In this document: positions 1-12,300 of the stretch, in pieces
Position numbering within the stretch: the first letter of the stretch is position 1
Layout of the letters: the number at the start of each line of letters is the position of its first letter
Origin: Auanema rhodensis
Taxonomy: Eukaryota; Animalia; Nematoda
Length of the DNA: 64,000 bases
Reading direction: 5' to 3'
NCBI GenBank assembly: GCA_964057225.1
Contig: OZ059899.1
Span: forward strand, 18,352,001 to 18,416,000
Program-made: the position numbers and the translations under genes
The notes under the pieces: model-generated
What the model was told of the DNA's origin: nothing
The model's input: the letters and a program-made list of their open reading frames with translations, nothing else
Database searches by the model: none

Positions 1-62
1 AACGATCATGACTAATTTTTGTATTAAGCGTTTCTCAATGTAGTATAGTGCATTCGATGCGG

Positions 63-113
63 ATTTTTAAGCTGCGTCGATCTGTGTTATCAGATTTGCG
101 CTAGCTTAAAAAT
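63..113. repeat. Monomer-internal long imperfect hairpin C in SatA
   Basis: ATTTTTAAGCT (63-73) pairs with AGCTTAAAAAT (103-113), GCG (74-76) with CGC (99-101), and ATCTG (80-84) with CAGAT (91-95). The loop is TGTTAT. Confidence 0.9.
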
Positions 114-130
114 GTACCGAGATATCAACT

Positions 131-152
131 GATATAAGTTCACACTTATATC
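131..152. repeat. Monomer-internal dyad A: GATATAAGT-TCAC-ACTTATATC (9-bp stem, 4-nt loop), repeated in each SatA monomer
   Basis: 131-139 is the exact reverse complement of 144-152. An overlapping 6-bp dyad ATATCA-AC-TGATAT lies at 122-135. Confidence 0.95.
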
Positions 153-302
153 CTCGATTTTCACCCTGAAAAATTGATTTTTTCGTTGAATAACACTGTC
201 CATCGTCTTTGCCTTGAAAAAAGGAATCTAAAAACATCTACTTTTTGTGAAATTATTTTGAAATTTTCAGGGAAAATTTTTGTCGAAATGTTTTTGGAAG
301 CA

Positions 303-330
303 ATGTTGAGTGTACATGGAAACTCAACAT
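303..330. repeat. Monomer-internal dyad B: ATGTTGAGT-(10 nt)-ACTCAACAT, repeated in each SatA monomer
   Basis: 303-311 is the exact reverse complement of 322-330. Confidence 0.95.
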
Positions 331-3300
331 ACACTAATGCATCATTTTTCAAACGATCATGACTAATTTTTGTATTAAGCGTTTCTCAATGTTGTATAGT
401 GCATTCGATGCGGATTTTTAAGCTGCGTCGATCTGTGTTATCAGATTTGCGCTAGCTTAAAAAAGCACCGAGATATCAACTGATATAAGTTCACACTTAT
501 ATCTTCGATTTTCACCCTGAAGAATTAATTTTTTTGTTGAATAACATTGTCCATCGTCTTCGCCTTGAAAAAAGAAATCTAAAAACATCTACTTTTTGTG
601 AAATTATTTCGAAATTTTTAGGGAAAATTTTTGTCAAAATGTTTTTGGAAGCAATGTTGAGTGTACATGGAAACTCAACATACACTAATACAACATTTTT
701 TAAACGATCATAACTAATTTTTGTATTGAGGGTTTCTCAATGTAGTATAGTGCATTCGAATCGGATTTTTAAGCTGCGTCGATCTGTGTTATCAGATTTG
801 CGCTAGCTTAAAAAAGCACCGAGATATCAACTGATATAAGTTCACACTTATATCCTCGATTTTCACCCTGAAAAATTGATTTTTTCGTTGAATAACATTG
901 TCCATCGTCTTTGCCTTGAAAAAAGGAATCTAAAAACATCTACTTTTTGTAAAATTATTTTGAAATTTTTAGGGAAAATTTTTGTCAAAATGTTTTTGAA
1001 AGCAATGTTGAGTGTACATGGAAACTCAACATACACTAATACATCATTTTTCAAACGATCATAACTAATTTTTGTATTGAGGGTTTCTCAATGTAGTATA
1101 GTGCATTCGATGCGGATTTTTAAGCTGCGTCGATCTGTGTTATCAGATTTGCGCTAGCTTAAAAAAGCACCGAGATATCAACTGATATAAGTTCACACTT
1201 ATATCCTCGATTTTCACCCTGAAAAATTGATTTTTTCGTTGAATAACATTGTCCATCGTCTTTGCCTTGAAAAAAGGAATCTAAAAACATCTACTTTTTG
1301 TAAAATTATTTTGAAATTTTTAGGGAAAATTTTTGTCAAAATGTTTTTGAAAGCAATGTTGAGTGTACATGGAAACTCAACATACACTAATACATCATTT
1401 TCTAAACGATCATAACTAATTTTTGTATTGAGGGTTTCTCAATGTAGTATAGTGCATTCGATGCGGATTTTTAAGCTGCGTCGATCTGTGTTATCAGATT
1501 TGCGCTAGCTTAAAAAAGCACCGAGATATCAACTGATATAAGTTCACACTTATATCCTCGATTTTCACCCTGAAGAATTAATTTTTTTGTTGAATAACAT
1601 TGTCCATCGTCTTCGCCTTGAAAAAAGGAATCTAAAAACATCTACTTTTTGTGAAATTATTTCGAAATTTTTAGGGAAAATTTTTGTCAAAATGTTTTTG
1701 GAAGCAATGTTGAGTGTACATGGAAACTCAACATACACTAATACATCATTTTTTAAACGATCATAACTAATTTTTGTATTGAGGGTTTCTCAATGTAGTA
1801 TAGTGCATTCGATGCGGATTTTTAAGCTGCGTCGATCTGTGTCATCAGATTTGCGCTAGCTTAAAAAAGCACCGAGATATCAACTGATATAAGTTCACAC
1901 TTATATCTTCGATTTTCACCCTGAAGAATTAATTTTTTTGTTGAATAACATTGTCCATCGTCTTCGCCTTGAAAAAAGCAATCTAAAAACAACTACTTTT
2001 TGTGAAATTATTTCGAAATTTTTAGGGAAAATTTTTGTCAAAATGTTTTTGGAAGCAATGTTGAGTGTACATGGAAACTCAACATACACTAATACATCAT
2101 TTTTTAAACGATCATAACTAATTTTTGTATTGAGGGTTTCTCAATGTAGTATAGTGCATTCGATGCGGATTTTTAAGCTGCGTCGATCTGTGTTATCAGA
2201 TTTGCGCTAGCTTAAAAATGCACCGAGATATCAACTGATATAAGTTCACACTTATATCCTCGATTTTCACCCTGAAAAATTGATTTTTTCGTTGAATAAC
2301 ATTGTCCATCGTCTTTGCCTTGAAAAAAGGAATCTAAAAACATCTACTTTTTGTAAAATTATTTTGAAATTTTTAGGGAAAATTTTTGTCAAAATGTTTT
2401 TGAAAGCAATGTTGAGTGTACATGGAAACTCAACATACACTAATACATCATTTTCTAAACGATCATAACTAATTTTTGTATTGAGGGTTTCTCAATGTAG
2501 TATAGTGCATTCGATGCGGATTTTTAAGCTGCGTCGATCTGTGTTATCAGATTTGCGCTAGCTTAAAAAAGCACCGAGATATCAACTGATATAAGTTCAC
2601 ACTTATATCCTCGATTTTCACCCTGAAGAATTAATTTTTTTGTTGAATAACATTGTCCATCGTCTTCGCCTTGAAAAAAGGAATCTAAAAACATCTACTT
2701 TTTGTGAAATTATTTCGAAATTTTTAGGGAAAATTTTTGTCAAAATGTTTTTGGAAGCAATGTTGAGTGTACATGGAAACTCAACATACACTAATACATC
2801 ATTTTTTAAACGATCATAACTAATTTTTGTATTGAGGGTTTCTCAATGTAGTATAGTGCATTCGATGCGGATTTTTAAGCTGCGTCGATCTGTGTCATCA
2901 GATTTGCGCTAGCTTAAAAAAGCACCGAGATATCAACTGATATAAGTTCACACTTATATCTTCGATTTTCACCCTGAAGAATTAATTTTTTTGTTGAATA
3001 ACATTGTCCATCGTCTTCGCCTTGAAAAAAGGAATCTAAAAACATCTACTTTTTGTGAAATTATTTCGAAATTTTTAGGGAAAATTTTTGTCAAAATGTT
3101 TTTGGAAGCAATGTTGAGTGTACATGGAAACTCAACATACACTAATACATCATTTTTTAAACGATCATAACTAATTTTTGTATTGAGGGTTTCTCAATGT
3201 AGTATAGTGCATTCGATGCGGATTTTTAAGCTGCGTCGATCTGTGTTATCAGATTTGCGCTAGCTTAAAAATGCACCGAGATATCAACTGATATTAGTTC

Positions 3301-6300
3301 ACACTTATATCCTCGATTTTCACCCTGAAGAATTAATTTTTTTGTTGAATAACATTGTCCATCGTCTTCGCCTTAAAAAAAGGAATCTAAAAACATCTAC
3401 TTTTCGTGAAATTATTTCGAAATTTTTAGGTAAAATTTTTGTCAAAATGTTTTTGAAAGCAATGTTGAGTGTACATGGAAACTCAACATACACTAATGCA
3501 TCATTTTTCAAACGATCATGACTAATTTTTGTATTGAGGGTTTCTCAATAAAGTATAGTGCATTCGATGCGGATTTTTAAGCTGCGTCGATCTGTGTTAT
3601 CAGATTTGCGCTAGCTTAAAAATGAACCGAGATATCAACTGATATAAGTTCACACTTATAATCTCGATTTTCACCCTGAAGAATTAATTTTTTTGTTGAA
3701 TAACATTGTCCATCGTCTTCGCCTTGAAAAAAGGAATCTAAAAACATCTACTTTTTGTGAAATTATTTTGAAATTTTCAGGGAAAATTTTTGTCAAAATG
3801 TTTTTGGAAGCAATGTTGAGTGTACATGGAAACTCAACATACACTAATGCATCATTTTTCAAACGATCATGACTAATTTTTGTATTAAGCGTTTCTCAAT
3901 GTTGTATAGTGCATTCGATGCGGATTTTTAAGCTGCGTCGATCTATGTTATCAGATTTGCGCTAGCTTAAAAATGCACCGAGATATCAACTGATATAAGT
4001 TCACACTTATAATCTCGATTTTCACCCTGAAGAATTAATTTTTTTGTTGAATAACATTGTCCATCGTCTTCGCCTTGAAAAAAGGAATCTAAAAACATCT
4101 ACTTTTTTTGAAATTATTTCGAAATTTTTAGGGAAAATTTTTGTCAAAATGTTTTTGAAAGCAATGTTGAGTGTACATGGAAACTCAACATACACTAATG
4201 CATCATTTTTCAAACGATCATGACTAATTTTTGTATTAAGCGTTTCTCAATGTAGTATAGTGCATTCGATGCGGATTTTTAAGCTGCGTCGATCTGTGTT
4301 ATCAGATTTGCGCTAGCTTAAAAATGTACCGAGATATCAACTGATATAAGTTCACACTTATATCCTCGATTTTCACCCTGAAAAATTGATTTTTTCGTTG
4401 AATAACACTGTCCATCGTCTTTGCCTTGAAAAAAGGAATCTAAAAACATCTACTTTTTGTGAAATTATTTTGAAATTTTCAGGGAAAATTTTTGTCGAAA
4501 TGTTTTTGGAAGCAATGTTGAGTGTACATGGAAACTCAACATACACTAATGCATCATTTTTCAAACGATCATGACTAATTTTTGTATTAAGCGTTTCTCA
4601 ATGTTGTATAGTGCATTCGATGCGGATTTTTAAGCTGCGTCGATCTGTGTTATCAGATTTGCGCTAGCTTAAAAAAGCACCGAGATATCAACTGATATAA
4701 GTTCACACTTATATCTTCGATTTTCACCCTGAAGAATTAATTTTTTTGTTGAATAACATTGTCCATCGTCTTCGCCTTGAAAAAAGAAATCTAAAAACAT
4801 CTACTTTTTGTGAAATTATTTCGAAATTTTTAGGGAAAATTTTTGTCAAAATGTTTTTGGAAGCAATGTTGAGTGTACATGGAAACTCAACATACACTAA
4901 TACAACATTTTTTAAACGATCATAACTAATTTTTGTATTGAGGGTTTCTCAATGTAGTATAGTGCATTCGAATCGGATTTTTAAGCTGCGTCGATCTGTG
5001 TTATCAGATTTGCGCTAGCTTAAAAAAGCACCGAGATATCAACTGATATAAGTTCACACTTATATCCTCGATTTTCACCCTGAAAAATTGATTTTTTCGT
5101 TGAATAACATTGTCCATCGTCTTTGCCTTGAAAAAAGGAATCTAAAAACATCTACTTTTTGTAAAATTATTTTGAAATTTTTAGGGAAAATTTTTGTCAA
5201 AATGTTTTTGAAAGCAATGTTGAGTGTACATGGAAACTCAACATACACTAATACATCATTTTTCAAACGATCATAACTAATTTTTGTATTGAGGGTTTCT
5301 CAATGTAGTATAGTGCATTCGATGCGGATTTTTAAGCTGCGTCGATCTGTGTTATCAGATTTGCGCTAGCTTAAAAAAGCACCGAGATATCAACTGATAT
5401 AAGTTCACACTTATATCCTCGATTTTCACCCTGAAAAATTGATTTTTTCGTTGAATAACATTGTCCATCGTCTTTGCCTTGAAAAAAGGAATCTAAAAAC
5501 ATCTACTTTTTGTAAAATTATTTTGAAATTTTTAGGGAAAATTTTTGTCAAAATGTTTTTGAAAGCAATGTTGAGTGTACATGGAAACTCAACATACACT
5601 AATACATCATTTTCTAAACGATCATAACTAATTTTTGTATTGAGGGTTTCTCAATGTAGTATAGTGCATTCGATGCGGATTTTTAAGCTGCGTCGATCTG
5701 TGTTATCAGATTTGCGCTAGCTTAAAAAAGCACCGAGATATCAACTGATATAAGTTCACACTTATATCCTCGATTTTCACCCTGAAGAATTAATTTTTTT
5801 GTTGAATAACATTGTCCATCGTCTTCGCCTTGAAAAAAGGAATCTAAAAACATCTACTTTTTGTGAAATTATTTCGAAATTTTTAGGGAAAATTTTTGTC
5901 AAAATGTTTTTGGAAGCAATGTTGAGTGTACATGGAAACTCAACATACACTAATACATCATTTTTTAAACGATCATAACTAATTTTTGTATTGAGGGTTT
6001 CTCAATGTAGTATAGTGCATTCGATGCGGATTTTTAAGCTGCGTCGATCTGTGTCATCAGATTTGCGCTAGCTTAAAAAAGCACCGAGATATCAACTGAT
6101 ATAAGTTCACACTTATATCTTCGATTTTCACCCTGAAGAATTAATTTTTTTGTTGAATAACATTGTCCATCGTCTTCGCCTTGAAAAAAGCAATCTAAAA
6201 ACAACTACTTTTTGTGAAATTATTTCGAAATTTTTAGGGAAAATTTTTGTCAAAATGTTTTTGGAAGCAATGTTGAGTGTACATGGAAACTCAACATACA

Positions 6301-9300
6301 CTAATACATCATTTTTTAAACGATCATAACTAATTTTTGTATTGAGGGTTTCTCAATGTAGTATAGTGCATTCGATGCGGATTTTTAAGCTGCGTCGATC
6401 TGTGTTATCAGATTTGCGCTAGCTTAAAAATGCACCGAGATATCAACTGATATAAGTTCACACTTATATCCTCGATTTTCACCCTGAAGAATTAATTTTT
6501 TTGTTGAATAACATTGTCCATCGTCTTCGCCTTAAAAAAAGGAATCTAAAAACATCTACTTTTCGTGAAATTATTTCGAAATTTTTAGGTAAAATTTTTG
6601 TCAAAATGTTTTTGAAAGCAATGTTGAGTGTACATGGAAACTCAACATACACTAATGCATCATTTTTCAAACGATCATGACTAATTTTTGTATTGAGGGT
6701 TTCTCAATGTAGTATAGTGCATTCGATGCGGATTTTTAAGCTGCGTCGATCTGTGTTATCAGATTTGCGCTAGCTTAAAAATGAACCGAGATATCAACTG
6801 ATATAAGTTCACACTTATAATCTCGATTTTCACCCTGAAGAATTAATTTTTTTGTTGAATAACATTGTCCATCGTCTTCGCCTTGAAAAAAGGAATCTAA
6901 AAACATCTACTTTTTGTGAAATTATTTTGAAATTTTCAGGGAAAATTTTTGTCAAAATGTTTTTGGAAGCAATGTTGAGTGTACATGGAAACTCAACATA
7001 CACTAATGCATCATTTTTCAAACGATCATGACTAATTTTTGTATTAAGCGTTTCTCAATGTTGTATAGTGCATTCGATGCGGATTTTTAAGCTGCGTCGA
7101 TCTATGTTATCAGATTTGCGCTAGCTTAAAAATGCACCGAGATATCAACTGATATAAGTTCACACTTATAATCTCGATTTTCACCCTGAAGAATTAATTT
7201 TTTTGTTGAATAACATTGTCCATCGTCTTCGCCTTGAAAAAAGGAATCTAAAAACATCTACTTTTTTTGAAATTATTTCGAAATTTTTAGGGAAAATTTT
7301 TGTCAAAATGTTTTTGAAAGCAATGTTGAGTGTACATGGAAACTCAACATACACTAATGCATCATTTTTCAAACGATCATGACTAATTTTTGTATTGAGG
7401 GTTTCTCAATGTAGTATAGTGCATTCGATGCGGATTTTTAAGCTGCGTCGATCTGTGTTATCAGATTTGCGCTAGCTTAAAAATGTACCGAGATATCAAC
7501 TGATATAAGTTCACACTTATATCCTCGATTTTCACCCTGAAAAATTGATTTTTTCGTTGAATAACACTGTCCATCGTCTTTGCCTTGAAAAAAGGAATCT
7601 AAAAACATCTACTTTTTGTGAAATTATTTTGAAATTTTCAGGGAAAATTTTTGTCGAAATGTTTTTGGAAGCAATGTTGAGTGTACATGGAAACTCAACA
7701 TACACTAATGCATCATTTTTCAAACGATCATGACTAATTTTTGTATTAAGCGTTTCTCAATGTTGTATAGTGCATTCGATGCGGATTTTTAAGCTGCGTC
7801 GATCTGTGTTATCAGATTTGCGCTAGCTTAAAAAAGCACCGAGATATCAACTGATATAAGTTCACACTTATATCCTCGATTTTCACCCTGAAGAATTAAT
7901 TTTTTTGTTGAATAACATTGTCCATCGTCTTCGCCTTGAAAAAAGGAATCTAAAAACATCTACTTTTTGTGAAATTATTTCGAAATTTTTAGGGAAAATT
8001 TTTGTCAAAATGTTTTTGGAAGCAATGTTGAGTGTACATGGAAACTCAACATACACTAATACATCATTTTTTAAACGATCATAACTAATTTTTGTATTGA
8101 GGGTTTCTCAATGTAGTATAGTGCATTCGATGCGGATTTTTAAGCTGCGTCGATCTGTGTTATCAGATTTGCGCTAGCTTAAAAAAGCACCGAGATATCA
8201 ACTGATATAAGTTCACACTTATATCTTCGATTTTCACCCTGAAGAATTAATTTTTTTGTTGAATAACATTGTCCATCGTCTTCGCCTTGAAAAAAGAAAT
8301 CTAAAAACATCTACTTTTTGTGAAATTATTTCGAAATTTTTAGGGAAAATTTTTGTCAAAATGTTTTTGGAAGCAATGTTGAGTGTACATGGAAACTCAA
8401 CATACACTAATACAACATTTTTTAAACGATCATAACTAATTTTTGTATTGAGGGTTTCTCAATGTAGTATAGTGCATTCGATGCGGATTTTTAAGCTGCG
8501 TCGATCTGTGTTATCAGATTTGCGCTAGCTTAAAAATGCACCGAGATATCAACTGATATAAGTTCACACTTATATCCTCGATTTTCACCCTGAAGAATTA
8601 ATTTTTTTGTTGAATAACATTGTCCATCGTCTTCGCCTTGAAAAAAGGAATCTAAAAACATCTACTTTTCGTGAAATTATTTCGAAATTTTTAGGTAAAA
8701 TTTTTGTCAAAATGTTTTTGAAAGCAATGTTGAGTGTACATGGAAACTGAACATACACTAATGCATCATTTTTCAAACGATCATGACTAATTTTTGTATT
8801 GAGGGTTTCTCAATGTAGTATAGTGCATTCGATGCGGATTTTTAAGCTGCGTCGATCTGTGTTATCAGATTTGCGCTAGCTTAAAAATGCACCGAGATAT
8901 CAACTGATATAAGTTCACACTTATATCCTCGATTTTCACCCTGAAGAATTGATTTTTTTGTTGAATAACATTGTCCATCGTCTTCGCCTTGAAAAAAGGA
9001 ATCTAAAAACATCTACTTTTTGTGAAATTATTTTGAAATTTTTAGGGAAAATTTTTGTCAAAATGTTTTTGGAAGCAATGTTGAGTGTACATGGAAACTC
9101 AACATACACTAATACATCATTTTTTAAACGATCATAACTAATTTTTGTATTGAGGGTTTCTCAATGTAGTATAGTGCATTCGATGCGGATTTTTAAGCTG
9201 CGTCGATCTGTGTTATCAGATTTGCGCTAGCTTAAAAAAGCACCGAGATATCAACTGATATAAGTTCACACTTATATCCTCGATTTTCACCCTGAAAAAT

Positions 9301-12300
9301 TGATTTTTTCGTTGAATAACATTGTCCATCGTCTTTGCCTTGAAAAAAGGAATCTAAAAACATCTACTTTTTGTAAAATTATTTTGAAATTTTTAGGGAA
9401 AATTTTTGTCAAAATGTTTTTGAAAGCAATGTTGAGTGTACATGGAAACTCAACATACACTAATACATCATTTTCTAAACGATCATAACTAATTTTTGTA
9501 TTGAGGGTTTCTCAATGTAGTATAGTGCATTCGATGCGGATTTTTAAGCTGCGTCGATCTGTGTTATCAGATTTGCGCTAGCTTAAAAAAGCACCGAGAT
9601 ATCAACTGATATAAGTTCACACTTATATCCTCGATTTTCACCCTGAAGAATTAATTTTTTTGTTGAATAACATTGTCCATCGTCTTCGCCTTGAAAAAAG
9701 GAATCTAAAAACATCTACTTTTTGTGAAATTATTTCGAAATTTTTAGGGAAAATTTTTGTCAAAATGTTTTTGGAAGCAATGTTGAGTGTACATGGAAAC
9801 TCAACATACACTAATACATCATTTTTTAAACGATCATAACTAATTTTTGTATTGAGGGTTTCTCAATGTAGTATAGTGCATTCTATGCGGATTTTTAAGC
9901 TGCGTCGATCTGTGTCATCAGATTTGCGCTAGCTTAAAAAAGCACCGAGATATCAACTGATATAAGTTCACACTTATATCCTCGATTTTCACCCTGAAAA
10001 ATTGATTATTTCGTTGAATAACACTGTCCATCGTCTTTGCCTTGAAAAAAGGAATCTAAAAACATCTACTTTTTGTGAAATTATTTTGAAATTTTCAGGG
10101 AAAATTTTTGTCAAAATGTTTTTGGAAGCAATGTTGAGTGTACATGGAAACTCAACATACACTAATGCATCATTTTTCAAACGATCATGACTAATTTTTG
10201 TATTAAGCGTTTCTCAATGTTGTATAGTGCATTCGATGCGGATTTTTAAGCTGCGTCGATCTGTGTTATCAGATTTGCGCTAGCTTAAAAATGCACCGAG
10301 ATATCAACTGATATAAGTTCACACTTATATCCTCGATTTTCACCCTGAAGAATTAATTTTTTTGTTGAATAACATTGTCCATCGTCTTCGCCTTGAAAAA
10401 AGGAATCTAAAAACATCTACTTTTCGTGAAATTATTTCGAAATTTTTAGGTAAAATTTTTGTCAAAATGTTTTTGAAAGCAATGTTGAGTGTACATGGAA
10501 ACTCAACATACACTAATGCATCATTTTTCAAACGATCATGACTAATTTTTGTATTGAGGGTTTCTCAATGTAGTATAGTGCATTCGATGCGGATTTTTAA
10601 GCTGCGTCGATCTGTGTTATCAGATTTGCGCTAGCTTAAAAATGCACCGAGATATCAACTGATATAAGTTCACACTTATATCCTCGATTTTCACCCTGAA
10701 AAATTGATTTTTTAGTTGAATAACACTGTCCATCGTCTTTGCCTTGAAAAAAGGAATCTAAAAACATCTACTTTTTGTGAAATTATTTTGAAATTTTCAG
10801 GGAAAATTTTTGTCAAAATGTTTTTGGAAGCAATGTTGAGTGTACATGGAAACTCAACATACACTAATGCATCATTTTTCAAACGATCATGACTAATTTT
10901 TGTATTAAGCGTTTCTCAATGTTGTATAGTGCACTCGATGCGGATTTTTAAGCTGCGTCGATCTATGTTATCAGATTTGCGCTAGCTTAAAAATGCACCG
11001 AGATATCAACTGATATAAGTTCACACTTATAATCTCGATTTTCACCCTGAAGAATTAATTTTTTTGTTGAATAACATTGTCCATCGTCTTCACCTTGAAA
11101 AAAGGAATCTAAAAACATCTACTTTTTGTAAAATTATTTCGAAATTTTTAGGGAAAATTTTTGTCAAAATGTTTTTGGAAGCAATGTTGAGTGTACATGG
11201 AAACTCAACATACACTAATACATCATTTTTTAAACGATCATAACTAATTTTTGTATTGAGGGTTTCTCAATGTAGTATAGTGCATTCGATGCGGATTTTT
11301 AAGCTGCGTCGATCTGTGTTATCAGATTTGCGCTAGCTTAAAAATGCACCGAGATATCAACTGATATAAGTTCACACTTATATCCTCGATTTTCACCCTG
11401 AAGAATTAATTTTTTTGTTGAATAACATTGTCCATCGTCTTCGCCTTGAAAAAAGGAATCTAAAAACATCTACTTTTCGTGAAATTATTTCGAAATTTTT
11501 AGGTAAAATTTTTGTCAAAATGTTTTTGAAAGCAATGTTGAGTGTACATGGAAACTGAACATACACTAATGCATCATTTTTCAAACGATCATGACTAATT
11601 TTTGTATTGAGGGTTTCTCAATGTAGTATAGTGCATTCGATGCGGATTTTTAAGCTGCGTCGATCTGTGTTATCAGATTTGCGCTAGCTTAAAAAAGCAC
11701 CGAGATATCAACTGATATAAGTTCACACTTATATCCTCGATTTTCACCCTGAAGAATTAATTTTTTTGTTGAATAACATTGTCCATCGTCTTCGCCTTGA
11801 AAAAAGGAATCTAAAAACATCTACTTTTTGTGAAATTATTTCGAAATTTTTAGGGAAAATTTTTGTCAAAATGTTTTTGGAAGCAATGTTGAGTGTACAT
11901 GGAAACTCAACATACACTAATACATCATTTTTTAAACGATCATAACTAATTTTTGTATTGAGGGTTTCTCAATGTAGTATAGTGCATTCTATGCGGATTT
12001 TTAAGCTGCGTCGATCTGTGTCATCAGATTTGCGCTAGCTTAAAAAAGCACCGAGATATCAACTGATATAAGTTCACACTTATATCTTCGATTTTCACCC
12101 TGAAGAATTAATTTTTTTGTTGAATAACATTGTCCATCGTCTTCGCCTTGAAAAAAGGAATCTAAAAACATCTACTTTTCGTGAAATTATTTCGAAATTT
12201 TTAGGTAAAATTTTTGTCAAAATGTTTTTGAAAGCAATGTTGAGTGTACATGGAAACTCAACATACACTAATGCATCATTTTTCAAACGATCATGACTAA

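Larger units (their letters stand above)
1..7371 (+). repeat. Higher-order repeat of SatA: a 9-mer (3159 bp); the first copy is expanded to a 12-mer by an internal 3-mer duplication
   Basis: The same diagnostic monomer (GTCGAAATG, AATGTACC) gives ORFs at 161, 4373 (+12x351) and 7532 (+9x351). Monomers 1054-2106 are nearly repeated at 2107-3159 (TTTTCTAAAC variant, ORFs 1227 and 2280). Confidence 0.85.

Noticed and set aside
181-197. CENP-B box-like TTCGTTGAA in SatA (and TTCG in SatB)
   Set aside because: It matches only the TTCG....A half; the essential CGGG of the CENP-B box is absent.
1-351. Drosophila 1.688 (359-bp family), 5S rDNA or tRNA tandem units
   Set aside because: The length is similar to 1.688 repeats but I recognise no sequence match. 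No 5S or tRNA structure or Pol III A/B boxes are seen.
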